Virus record (IMG/VR): IMGVR_UViG_3300044648_000041
Coordinates: 1 to 54,533 of that record
Source: a virus
Taxonomy: Duplodnaviria; Caudoviricetes
Direction: 5' to 3' (one strand)
DNA: 54,533 nt
The notes under the pieces are model-generated. The model was given only the letters and a program-made list of their open reading frames with translations, was not told the DNA's origin and searched no databases. Below, piece by piece: positions 45,346 through 53,099 of this stretch; position 1 is the first letter of the stretch; each line of letters begins with the position of its first letter. The position numbers were made by a program, and so were the translations under genes.

Positions 45346-45870
45346 ATGCGAAACGTAATGGTGGACCTGGAAACGCTAGGGGTTGAGAGTAGTAAGCCGG
45401 TAATTCTATCAATAGGCGCCGTGGAGTTCGACGAGCAAACGGGCGAACTGGGACGGGAATTCTACAGAGTAATCGACGTTGCCAGTTGTCAGGCTCTAGG
45501 TATGGACGTGGAAGGCGACACTATCCACTGGTGGATGGGGCAGGACGATAAAGCTAAAGAAGTGTTTAGCGCACTCAGACAACCGGTACACCACGTATTA
45601 GGCGCTTTCTACCTCTGGTACCCTAAGATTTCCCCTACCCCTTTATGGTGCAACGGCGCCGCCGAAGACTCTGTGTGGCTTCGTAATGCGTACCAGTTAT
45701 GCGGAACCGGCACCCCCTGGAACTTCCGCGATGTACGCTGCTTCAGAACGCTGCGCGACTTGAACCCGCGTGTGTCAGTCGAGTATGAAGGAACGGCACA
45801 CAATGCACTTGACGACGCGCGCAACCAGGCGCGGCACGCGCTAGCGATTCTCAGACAACGGGCGGCATGA
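45346..45870 (+). CDS. 3'-5' exonuclease (DEDDh, Rv2179c/DUF5051-like)
   Basis: MVDLETLG, ILSIGAV, WWMGQ, RCFRT, HNALDDA. Confidence 0.88.
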   Translation: MRNVMVDLETLGVESSKPVILSIGAVEFDEQTGELGREFYRVIDVASCQALGMDVEGDTIHWWMGQDDKAKEVFSALRQPVHHVLGAFYLWYPKISPTPLWCNGAAEDSVWLRNAYQLCGTGTPWNFRDVRCFRTLRDLNPRVSVEYEGTAHNALDDARNQARHALAILRQRAA

Positions 45871-45977
45871 TGGACGACCCGATAACCCGCGGCTTGCTGA
45901 ATATGATCTGCTTCCTTCTGCTTGCGGATTACGTCGTGTGGGTTTTTAACGGCGGTTCGTTTTGGGGTGCGATGTGA
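45867..45977 (+). CDS. Small membrane peptide (36 aa)
   Basis: ATGA-coupled; hydrophobic stretch. Confidence 0.5.
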   Translation: MMDDPITRGLLNMICFLLLADYVVWVFNGGSFWGAM

Positions 45978-46117
45978 TACATATTTTCACCGGGATGTGG
46001 GTAGGCGCAATGATTATGGGCTTTTCGCAAGTGGGCGCCGGATGGGATTCCTACGCAATAATCGGCGTTACCGCCTTGTTCTTCTACCTTATGGGGCATG
46101 CCGATGGGTCAAAGTAA
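45974..46117 (+). CDS. Small two-TM peptide (47 aa)
   Basis: GTGA-coupled; two hydrophobic segments. Confidence 0.5.
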   Translation: MIHIFTGMWVGAMIMGFSQVGAGWDSYAIIGVTALFFYLMGHADGSK

Positions 46118-46331
46118 ACGCGGTTCAGTTATCGAAACGATTACGGGTACTGCAATCGGTTACAGTGTAGCGGTACTGTCACAAGTTATACTTTTCCCGT
46201 TCTTTGACGTTAACGTTTCACTAGAACAGAATCTGGTTATCGCTTTATGGTTTACGGTTATATCCCTGATACGGGGATACTGGGTAAGAAGGCTTTTTAA
46301 CTTAATGCACGTGAGAGGGGTACTGAAATGA
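46104..46331 (+). CDS. Conserved phage membrane protein (DUF7220-like)
   Basis: QSKRGS.IE..IG..FT.IS.IRGY.VRRLFN. Confidence 0.8.
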   Translation: MGQSKRGSVIETITGTAIGYSVAVLSQVILFPFFDVNVSLEQNLVIALWFTVISLIRGYWVRRLFNLMHVRGVLK

Positions 46332-46411
46332 TTTGTTTATTTTTCCACCTTATAGCCCTTTGCATAGGCGGCTTAGTAGGTTGGAGATTAGCTGTATGGA
46401 CAACCAAATGA
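46328..46411 (+). CDS. Small membrane peptide (27 aa)
   Basis: ATGA-coupled at both ends; MICLFFHLIALCIGGLVGW. Confidence 0.5.
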   Translation: MICLFFHLIALCIGGLVGWRLAVWTTK

Positions 46412-46569
46412 ACACACCATACAACGAAGGTCAACGCGCAGCAAAGAACGGGCGACCGGTAGACGACAACCCGTACACCGACGAACAGCGGGCGAGCCGG
46501 TGGGAAGAAGGCTACTACTCGTACGAACCGAAGCAGAAGATTCGCAGGGGGAAACCAGAATGGAACTAG
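46408..46569 (+). CDS. Ribosome modulation factor-like (Rmf/CrpP fold) protein
   Basis: YNEGQRAAKNG..NPY..WEEGY. Confidence 0.7.
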   Translation: MNTPYNEGQRAAKNGRPVDDNPYTDEQRASRWEEGYYSYEPKQKIRRGKPEWN

Positions 46570-46841
46570 CCGTCCGTGAACGCGACGTGGAAGCGTACCT
46601 GGTGCGTAAGGTCACGGGACTGGGCGGCGAGATACGGAAGGCTGCATGGCTAGGTCGCCGCGGGTGTCCCGACCGTGTGGTGTTCCTGAATGGTACCTAC
46701 TGGGTGGAAGTCAAGGCACCCGGCGAGAAGCCACGCCCCGAACAGTTGCGCGAGCATGCCCGGATGTGGGCACAAGGCGTATGGGTTTACGTGCTTGATA
46801 GTTTCGAATCGGTGGACAACTTTATAGGAAGGTTCGCATGA
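46560..46841 (+). CDS. VRR-NUC nuclease
   Basis: ERDVE, GCPDR, VEVKAPG, EQ. Confidence 0.9.
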   Translation: MELAVRERDVEAYLVRKVTGLGGEIRKAAWLGRRGCPDRVVFLNGTYWVEVKAPGEKPRPEQLREHARMWAQGVWVYVLDSFESVDNFIGRFA

Positions 46842-47047
46842 ATCCGCCACCCATGCCCAGTTTACTGGACCTTCTTACGCCGCTTCCCCCTAGACCGGAA
46901 AAAGTGACGCAAGTACGAAATTATCTATGTGCTGGTTGCAATCTAGAACCACGTAAGTTACTATCGACGGGAAAGCTAGATGCGTACTGTCCGCAGTGCC
47001 GTTACGAGAAGAACATACTGTACAGGAACAAGAACCGGAAAACATAA
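46838..47047 (+). CDS. Small zinc-finger protein
   Basis: CAGC..CPQC; coupled. Confidence 0.6.
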   Translation: MNPPPMPSLLDLLTPLPPRPEKVTQVRNYLCAGCNLEPRKLLSTGKLDAYCPQCRYEKNILYRNKNRKT

Positions 47048-48450
47048 TGAGCCGTAAACTGTACACCCCTCGCCCCTATCAGGGGCTTATTACTTCACAC
47101 ATCATGGATGTGGCGCGCGGTGCGGTGTTCGCTGGTATGGGTATGGGTAAGACTATATCCACCCTTACCGCCCTGGATAACCTCTTCCTGTGCGGCGCCG
47201 ACCACCCGGTATTGATTCTCGCCCCGTTGCGCGTGGCTCGCACCACGTGGCCGGAAGAAGTGCGCAAATGGGACCACCTACGGCATGTAAGTGTAATGCC
47301 TATAGTCGGTTCCGAAGCGGAACGCCGCCAGGCATTGAAGTATTCCGCCAGCGTGTACACCACGAACTACGACCAAATACCCTGGTTGGTAGAACACTTC
47401 GGCAAGCGGTGGCCGTTCGAACATGTCGTGTCGGACGAGTCCACCAGGCTTAAAGGTTTCCGGTTGAAGCAGGGAACGAAACGCGCCCGCGCACTGGCGA
47501 AGGTCGCCCATACCCACATCAAGCGGTTCACGAATCTTACCGGCACCCCGGCGCCCAACGGCTTACAGGACTTGTGGGGACAAACTTGGTTCCTGGACGC
47601 CGGACAACGGCTAGGGCGTACGTATTCAGGGTTCCGGGATAGGTACTTCAGCACGGGGTACGACGGCTTCTCGCTGGTGCCCACCGAACACGCGCAAACA
47701 GCCATTCAGGATTCACTCCGTGATATCTGCTTGACGATTAATAGTAAAGACTGGTTCGACCTCAAGGAACCGATTGTAAATAACATTTACATTGACTTGC
47801 CGCCCGCCGCCCGCCGCCTGTACGACACGATGGAAAAGGAGTTCTTTATTCAGCTAGAAAGCGGCCACGAGATTGAAGCCTTCAACGCGGCGGCGCGGAC
47901 ACAGAAACTTTTACAGATAGCGAACGGTGCTTGTTACGTGGATCCGCTAACCGAAACCGACCGCGACCCGCGGGCGAAGGAATGGAAGGAATTACACAAT
48001 GCAAAAATCGAAGCCCTTGAAGATATCATCGAAGAGGCAAGCGGTACGCCGGTGCTGGTTGCTTACCAGTTCAAAAGCGACCTTGCCCGACTCCTTAAAG
48101 CCTTCCCCCGGGGGCGGCACCTGGACAAAGAACCCTCCACCATACGGGACTGGAACGCCGGGAAAATACCGGTTCTGTTCGCCCATCCCCAATCCGCAGG
48201 ACATGGATTAAACCTTCAAGACGGCGGCAACATCCTTGCCTTCTTTGGTTTTAATTGGAGTCTTGAGGATAGATTACAGATAGTGGAACGGATAGGACCG
48301 GTCCGGCAACTGCAAGCCGGTTACGACCGGAACGTATTCATCCACAACATTATCGCCCGTGACACGGTAGACGAACTGGTTATCGCCAGGGTGGAAACGA
48401 AACGGGAAGTACAGGACATTTTACTAGACGCATTAAGGAGACGGCACTAA
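47047..48450 (+). CDS. SNF2-like SF2 helicase
   Basis: RPYQ, GMGMGKT, DEST, LTGTP, GHGLNLQ, ERIGP.RQ. Confidence 0.93.
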   Translation: MSRKLYTPRPYQGLITSHIMDVARGAVFAGMGMGKTISTLTALDNLFLCGADHPVLILAPLRVARTTWPEEVRKWDHLRHVSVMPIVGSEAERRQALKYSASVYTTNYDQIPWLVEHFGKRWPFEHVVSDESTRLKGFRLKQGTKRARALAKVAHTHIKRFTNLTGTPAPNGLQDLWGQTWFLDAGQRLGRTYSGFRDRYFSTGYDGFSLVPTEHAQTAIQDSLRDICLTINSKDWFDLKEPIVNNIYIDLPPAARRLYDTMEKEFFIQLESGHEIEAFNAAARTQKLLQIANGACYVDPLTETDRDPRAKEWKELHNAKIEALEDIIEEASGTPVLVAYQFKSDLARLLKAFPRGRHLDKEPSTIRDWNAGKIPVLFAHPQSAGHGLNLQDGGNILAFFGFNWSLEDRLQIVERIGPVRQLQAGYDRNVFIHNIIARDTVDELVIARVETKREVQDILLDALRRRH

Positions 48451-48635
48451 TGTTTATACCGCGTAGACCCCCACCGCCCTACCAACGTAGGCCGAATCCT
48501 TTGCCCACTGCTAAAGATTGGGTGTACGCATGCGTAGGCGTGGTCGTATTCTTCTTAGCGGCGCCTTGGATGTTCAAAGGTTTTGTCGCGGTAATGGAAT
48601 CTTTCATGTCCTACAGCAAATGGGTGTTTGCGTGA
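48450..48635 (+). CDS. Small membrane protein
   Basis: Pro-rich N-terminus plus a TM segment. Confidence 0.6.
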   Translation: MFIPRRPPPPYQRRPNPLPTAKDWVYACVGVVVFFLAAPWMFKGFVAVMESFMSYSKWVFA

Positions 48636-48844
48636 TAGACAAACCCATAACCGCGCCCACCGGCGAGATACGATGGAACTATACGGTGCCGAAAAACACA
48701 CGCCGCAAGTTACTCCTACTCCACCGGGACGGGTGCGCAGCGATGGGACCGTGGGGTGACGGCGCCGGGTGGATTGCCTGGTGCCCACTGCCAAAACGCG
48801 ATAAAGAATTGGAAGTTGAACTCGGATACAGGGAGAAACCATAA
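48632..48844 (+). CDS. DUF551-like small protein
   Basis: GTG start; WIAWCPLP motif. Confidence 0.65.
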   Translation: MIDKPITAPTGEIRWNYTVPKNTRRKLLLLHRDGCAAMGPWGDGAGWIAWCPLPKRDKELEVELGYREKP

Positions 48845-49032
48845 TGGCCGATGAAGCAGACGTAGCAAATGATTATTTAGAAAAGAAGTCCGCCAAGGTA
48901 TTGGCAGATATCCGCGAACAGGCGGCGTATATCCCCGTCGGCGAGTTCGGTAAATGCGCCGAGTGCGGGTATTACTTTGATAGAATCGTTTCCGGTTACT
49001 GCGGACGGTGCCGTGATTTGTTACGGAAATAG
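48844..49032 (+). CDS. TraR/DksA C4 zinc-finger protein
   Basis: MADEADVA, CAECG, CGRC. Confidence 0.85.
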   Translation: MADEADVANDYLEKKSAKVLADIREQAAYIPVGEFGKCAECGYYFDRIVSGYCGRCRDLLRK

Positions 49033-49061
49033 TTGACAGTACATGTATCCCCTGATACAGT
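49033..49061 (+). promoter_or_regulatory. Early promoter with operator
   Basis: TTGACA-N17-TACAGT, TATCCCCTGATA. Confidence 0.8.
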
Positions 49062-49096
49062 ACTACCGTACTAAGACAACTCACGGAGACGCTAAC

Positions 49097-49225
49097 ATGT
49101 TTAACGATTTCAGGGACGTGGATTCTTACCTAGCGTTCGCGGACGCTCCGACACTGGACGACGAAGTACGGGAACAAGAACTGGACTTACTGGAACAGCT
49201 ACCGGAAGAAAGGGGTTACGAGTGA
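49097..49225 (+). CDS. Small highly acidic protein (42 aa)
   Basis: GGAG RBS; first gene after the promoter. Confidence 0.6.
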   Translation: MFNDFRDVDSYLAFADAPTLDDEVREQELDLLEQLPEERGYE

Positions 49226-49314
49226 CGGGGCGCTGGTTTGCGGTCGCTTGGGTTATAATCACGGTAGCCTATATGGGCTACTTCGATAACGAAAAAAAGG
49301 AAGTTCCAACATGA
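49222..49314 (+). CDS. Small membrane peptide (30 aa)
   Basis: Coupled at both ends; hydrophobic. Confidence 0.45.
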   Translation: MTGRWFAVAWVIITVAYMGYFDNEKKEVPT

Positions 49315-49652
49315 AAAAAGTAATTGCGGTTCTAGTTGCGGTAGCAGTTCTGAATGGTTGCGCTTCAACGAAAGCGAACCCGGTCCCGTTGATGCAACCA
49401 TCGGACGCGAGAAAAGATTGCACCGTACTGCTACGTGACATAAACCTCACCAAAAACGACATAGCCGCGGCACAGGAAGCAGCAGCGGTACAGACAAGGA
49501 AGAATACTATTTACGCCGTGACGGGGGTTCTGGTGCTTATACCGGCTTTCTTTATGGACTTCAGCGGTGCCGCACAGAAAGAAGAAGCAGCGGCGCAAGC
49601 CAGGCTGGAATACTTGAACGGTTTGTACTGGAAGAAGTGCGGAAATACTTAA
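49311..49652 (+). CDS. Lipoprotein
   Basis: MKK + hydrophobic stretch + lipobox LNGC; second hydrophobic segment. Confidence 0.8.
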   Translation: MKKVIAVLVAVAVLNGCASTKANPVPLMQPSDARKDCTVLLRDINLTKNDIAAAQEAAAVQTRKNTIYAVTGVLVLIPAFFMDFSGAAQKEEAAAQARLEYLNGLYWKKCGNT

Positions 49653-49872
49653 CTTACGAGGGCGGCTATCAACGGTTCGATATGGACTTGGTAGCCGTCC
49701 TTTTCTACCTGATTATTTTAGCGGCTTCCGGCTACGGCGTGGCTGTGTGGCTTAAGTGAATGACACGATTTATGTACTGCTTGCAACTCTTTTTATTTCG
49801 GTTCCGGTATCTATTTTCTTTTTGGTGCGGCATGTCCGCAGTATCATGCGCGAAGAAGGTAAGTATCTGTGG

Positions 49873-49897
49873 TAAGAGGGGCGCCGTGCCCCTCTTA
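49873..49897. terminator. Hairpin between convergent transcription blocks
   Basis: TAAGAGGGGC-GCCGT-GCCCCTCTTA. Confidence 0.65.
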
Positions 49898-49908
49898 ACG
49901 CAGCGTCA

Positions 49909-50493
49909 TTACTGCATACTCACGCGGTCGCTAGCTCGTCTAAACGGACCGTCGTATTTCTTTTCTTCCTTCGCTTTTACTTTCACGTCCGCGAGTTCCC
50001 CGAACGTGGTACCTTCCGGGAACTTGAACTGGATACCGGCGTCCGTTGCTTCGACTTCCGTAGCCAGTTTCGGTTCGGAGATAGAGGGCTGGCGTTTGTG
50101 CCAGGTGTACCGTAACTGCAAGGGTGAATCGCCGTCCGCGTTTCGCTTCAGGGGCGCCAGTAACCACCCCTCTTCCACGTCCGGCGGAAGTCGTTGTATT
50201 AAGCCTAACCCGTTTACGGGATCTAGTAAGAGGTCTACGCGCATACCGGGTTCGAACTTCGCTTTACGCGCTACTTCGACGCCGATACGGATACGGACAA
50301 AGGGTACTAATGCACCTTTGCCGCGTTTAGGTTTTGCCATGTCGATAGCTACCAGGATACCGTCTTCTTTTTCCGGATCGGTTTTTGTAACCGAACGTGC
50401 GGCTTCTTTCTGAATCATGGCAGCGGATATGAACTTTGGTTCTGTCTTTACCAATTCCATTTCTACTACTTCGTTCTTCGCTGCTTTTCCCAT
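49909..50493 (-). CDS. Hypothetical protein with an AbrB-like segment; has its own promoter
   Basis: RIRIGVEVARKAKFEPGMRVDL resembles the AbrB/SpoVT pattern; AAGGAG RBS. Confidence 0.7.
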   Translation of the reverse strand: MGKAAKNEVVEMELVKTEPKFISAAMIQKEAARSVTKTDPEKEDGILVAIDMAKPKRGKGALVPFVRIRIGVEVARKAKFEPGMRVDLLLDPVNGLGLIQRLPPDVEEGWLLAPLKRNADGDSPLQLRYTWHKRQPSISEPKLATEVEATDAGIQFKFPEGTTFGELADVKVKAKEEKKYDGPFRRASDRVSMQ

Positions 50494-50545
50494 GTCTGTT
50501 ACTCCTTAAGTAAAGTATTACTGCTTAATTGCAGTAACAGGAGTA

Positions 50546-50574
50546 ACTATAGCATAACTTTTATCGTGTGATAA
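50546..50574 (-). promoter_or_regulatory. Promoter with an operator over the -35
   Basis: TTATCA-N17-TATAGT with extended TG; TATCGTGTGATA at 50562-50573. Confidence 0.6.
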
Positions 50575-50590
50575 ATAGCCTAGTTGGGCT

Positions 50591-51124
50591 TTACTGTTTG
50601 TAGTTCCTTTGCTCATTCCCATCCATATGGACGCCTTGTGCCCACGTCTTCGCGCCGTTCAGTCCGGATTCTGCTGTTGCGCCTTCGATAATGAGTTCCG
50701 TAGCTTCTCTTCGGATTTCTCCCATCTCTCTAGTAAAGTCTTCAAACGTAGTAACAAGGTAGGATCTGTCGTAATCGGTTCGTTCAGGATTGCCGGTACT
50801 GGGGGCGGGGGTGGGCAGTAAGCTGCTACGGGTACCCGTTGCGGACTTGCGCAAGCTGTCAGCGAAAGCAAGCAGACTATTACGAGCGAGTTCAATTTCA
50901 TGGTCGGATTCCTTTTTGTGTTGTTGGTACTTTACGTTCTTCAAACGTCCGTCACGGTCCGCGATTACTCCTACCGCTTTTGTTTCCGCTACGAAGGCTT
51001 CAAAACGCGCCTTAGTAAGTTGGTACTGTTGACCCTGGAACCAGTATGCACCACTGACAATAGCCAGCAACAGGCACACCCCGGCAAGAACATAATGTAA
51101 CGGATTAAGGCTAATTCCACCCAT
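50591..51124 (-). CDS. i-spanin (Rz-like)
   Basis: N-terminal TM plus helical periplasmic region; downstream of the endolysin. Confidence 0.8.
   Translation of the reverse strand: MGGISLNPLHYVLAGVCLLLAIVSGAYWFQGQQYQLTKARFEAFVAETKAVGVIADRDGRLKNVKYQQHKKESDHEIELARNSLLAFADSLRKSATGTRSSLLPTPAPSTGNPERTDYDRSYLVTTFEDFTREMGEIRREATELIIEGATAESGLNGAKTWAQGVHMDGNEQRNYKQ
50659..50901 (-). CDS. o-spanin (Rz1-like), embedded in the i-spanin
   Basis: Lipobox LTAC, CPPPPP, AGGA RBS. Confidence 0.85.
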   Translation of the reverse strand: MKLNSLVIVCLLSLTACASPQRVPVAAYCPPPPPVPAILNEPITTDPTLLLRLKTLLERWEKSEEKLRNSLSKAQQQNPD

Positions 51125-51182
51125 GCTACCCCCTTACCTGTTGAATTTAAAACGATTGTAGGGCTTTGTAGTTGCTCAATAT

Positions 51183-51491
51183 TTAGGCTTTTTCCCGCCT
51201 TGATATCCATACTTTGTACGGGTTCTTGTTTTCTTTAAACCGCCAGTAGAAGACCGCTTGCGCACCCATTTCCTGTAACTGTTCCCGTAAGTCCCGGTGT
51301 TGTTCCTGCGTCAATACAGTACCGCGCGCTATCTTCGCTTCAAAGATACCCGGTTCCACCTGGACGACCGCGAACCCGTCATCGAACGGCGAGTAATCCC
51401 CGAACACGGTAGGTTCATTATGTAACCGGACGAAACCTACGGACCATTCGATAGTTACTAGCCGCTTACGATCCTGCATACTTGCCCTCAC
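51183..51491 (-). CDS. Hypothetical protein within the lysis cassette
   Basis: 102 aa; start uncertain. Confidence 0.55.
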   Translation of the reverse strand: MRASMQDRKRLVTIEWSVGFVRLHNEPTVFGDYSPFDDGFAVVQVEPGIFEAKIARGTVLTQEQHRDLREQLQEMGAQAVFYWRFKENKNPYKVWISRREKA

Positions 51492-51969
51492 ATACGGCGC
51501 GTTCTTCTTCCCGGCGCGCGGTCAAGCCGTCGAGTACCACCATTACTTTTTTGCCGTTCGCGTCCCGCTTGCCGGTCCACTGTTTGTTCCATCTTGATAT
51601 CTCGGCGCACGCACCGGTGTAGTCCCCGGCGTTTAGCTTCTTTAAAAGGGTTGACGTGCGGAATGCTTCGGCGCCATTGTTTTGGGTGAAGGATACCAGC
51701 GCGCCGAACTCGTTATCCGATAGCGGAACTTTAACGTATCGCTTTACCGCGGCTACGTACACTGTGTCCAGTTCATGAATGAACGTTCGTAACGCACGGG
51801 TAGGTTCTGTCTTGTCCCCCATCTTCACACCCTGAGTAGTGCCCCATCCTATCGTCGGTACGTCGTTCGGCGTCGGCATGTAGGCGTTACCGCGGTACTG
51901 TTCCCACCCGGCTATGCTCAGTACAGTGGCCGCGGAAAGTATCAATGTGGCTACGGGTTTGCGGTTCAT
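51466..51969 (-). CDS. Endolysin, GH24 lysozyme, probably SAR-type
   Basis: Catalytic E..D..T region (WEQY..DVPTIGWGTT), STLLKKLNAGD, GLTARR; weakly hydrophobic N-terminus. Confidence 0.92.
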   Translation of the reverse strand: MNRKPVATLILSAATVLSIAGWEQYRGNAYMPTPNDVPTIGWGTTQGVKMGDKTEPTRALRTFIHELDTVYVAAVKRYVKVPLSDNEFGALVSFTQNNGAEAFRTSTLLKKLNAGDYTGACAEISRWNKQWTGKRDANGKKVMVVLDGLTARREEERAVCEGKYAGS

Positions 51970-52232
51970 ACCCCGGGTATGAAATTGTCCGGTGTGTTCT
52001 CCGGTGTTTCGACCTTCGGTGCGATGTTAGGTTGATCCATGATGCGAGCCATAACCGCGCCCGCTGCACACATGGCGGCGAGTCCGGCAAAGAACCCGGG
52101 CGGTGCCCCGAACAGGTTATCTTCCATGGCAAGGAAGAACGCTTCCATTCCGCCGAGTACCGCGGCGAGGATCCCGAATTTAACGCTCCATGCTTTTTGT
52201 AAAACCTCTTGCCAGTTCGAAATTAAGTTCAT
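51966..52232 (-). CDS. Holin-like two-TM protein
   Basis: LISNW..KAWSV..ARIMDQ; adjacent to the endolysin. Confidence 0.75.
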   Translation of the reverse strand: MNLISNWQEVLQKAWSVKFGILAAVLGGMEAFFLAMEDNLFGAPPGFFAGLAAMCAAGAVMARIMDQPNIAPKVETPENTPDNFIPGV

Positions 52233-52507
52233 GCGCCGCCCTCTTCTGTTAGTTTTTTAACGCATTCCAGCTTTGCCAGGAATTCTTCTTTGGTGTTTTC
52301 GTTAGCGTCCACGCAGGGCGCGCGCCGGTGGACCGCTGCCCGCCGTATCGGTTTGAATTTCGGGGACGCTTCCAGTATCGGGTACGCGCGTATCTCTATC
52401 TCAGGCAGGACGATTAGCGGTAGCGGGTCCGGTGCTATGGTTTGTTCTTTCGTTCCGATCCCGGAACACGCAACTAATAGAAGAGCAGATAGGCAGTATC
52501 GAATCAT
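52229..52507 (-). CDS. Putative lipoprotein
   Basis: Lipobox LVAC. Confidence 0.6.
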   Translation of the reverse strand: MIRYCLSALLLVACSGIGTKEQTIAPDPLPLIVLPEIEIRAYPILEASPKFKPIRRAAVHRRAPCVDANENTKEEFLAKLECVKKLTEEGGA

Positions 52508-52800
52508 TTGCGTAACCTACTAGCGATGTAGTCCAGCTTATTCATACCTTCCCGGCTGAACTCTTTCTGGTCATGCTCTACGCCTGATAGCCGCTGGTCG
52601 AACTTTTCCATGCGGTCGTCTACGTACGCGTAACGCCGTTCACGTGCGCGGGATTCAGTTGCTATCTCTTGCCTGATTAATGCAATGTCGGTGTACATTT
52701 GGAATGCGGCGCTGGCGACCGCGACGAAAGCGGAAGTAAGAACCGGGGTAAACCATTTGGGCAGTACAAAACCTTTAACCTCGTCCTTATCATCGCGCAC
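52504..52800 (-). CDS. Membrane-anchored coiled-coil protein (holin/antiholin-like)
   Basis: One TM plus a coiled coil. Confidence 0.6.
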   Translation of the reverse strand: MRDDKDEVKGFVLPKWFTPVLTSAFVAVASAAFQMYTDIALIRQEIATESRARERRYAYVDDRMEKFDQRLSGVEHDQKEFSREGMNKLDYIASRLRK

Positions 52801-52816
52801 GCCAGCACCGGGCTAT

Positions 52817-53005
52817 TTAGCAGACAAGCACAAGAGACAACACGCCGCCTATCGCCATGAGGGCAACACCGAAACCGACGGCGATAGCACCCGCCCATTT
52901 CGACCGCGCCCACTTCGACAACAGCGGGTTAATTTCTTTGTTGAAGTCGTTGTTAACATCCAGGACAAAACCTTTTGCGTTTTCCAGTTGGTTGGGATCG
53001 AACAT
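52817..53005 (-). CDS. Small membrane protein
   Basis: AGGAGG RBS, C-terminal TM. Confidence 0.65.
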   Translation of the reverse strand: MFDPNQLENAKGFVLDVNNDFNKEINPLLSKWARSKWAGAIAVGFGVALMAIGGVLSLVLVC

Positions 53006-53066
53006 AGTTCTGGTCCTCCTTTGTCGTATGTAACGAGTCATAAAATTTTAATCCTCTTGTCCGCGC

Positions 53067-53095
53067 ATTCTAACAAAGCGTAACCGAAACATGTA
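53067..53095 (-). promoter_or_regulatory. Promoter for the lysis cassette (late-class variant)
   Basis: TACATG-N17-TAGAAT with extended TG; shares ATGTT and GTTAC with the late class. Confidence 0.5.
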
Positions 53096-53099
53096 ACTT

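Noticed and set aside
46261-46271. Additional operator TATCCCTGATA
   Set aside because: Spacer one base short and located inside a coding region
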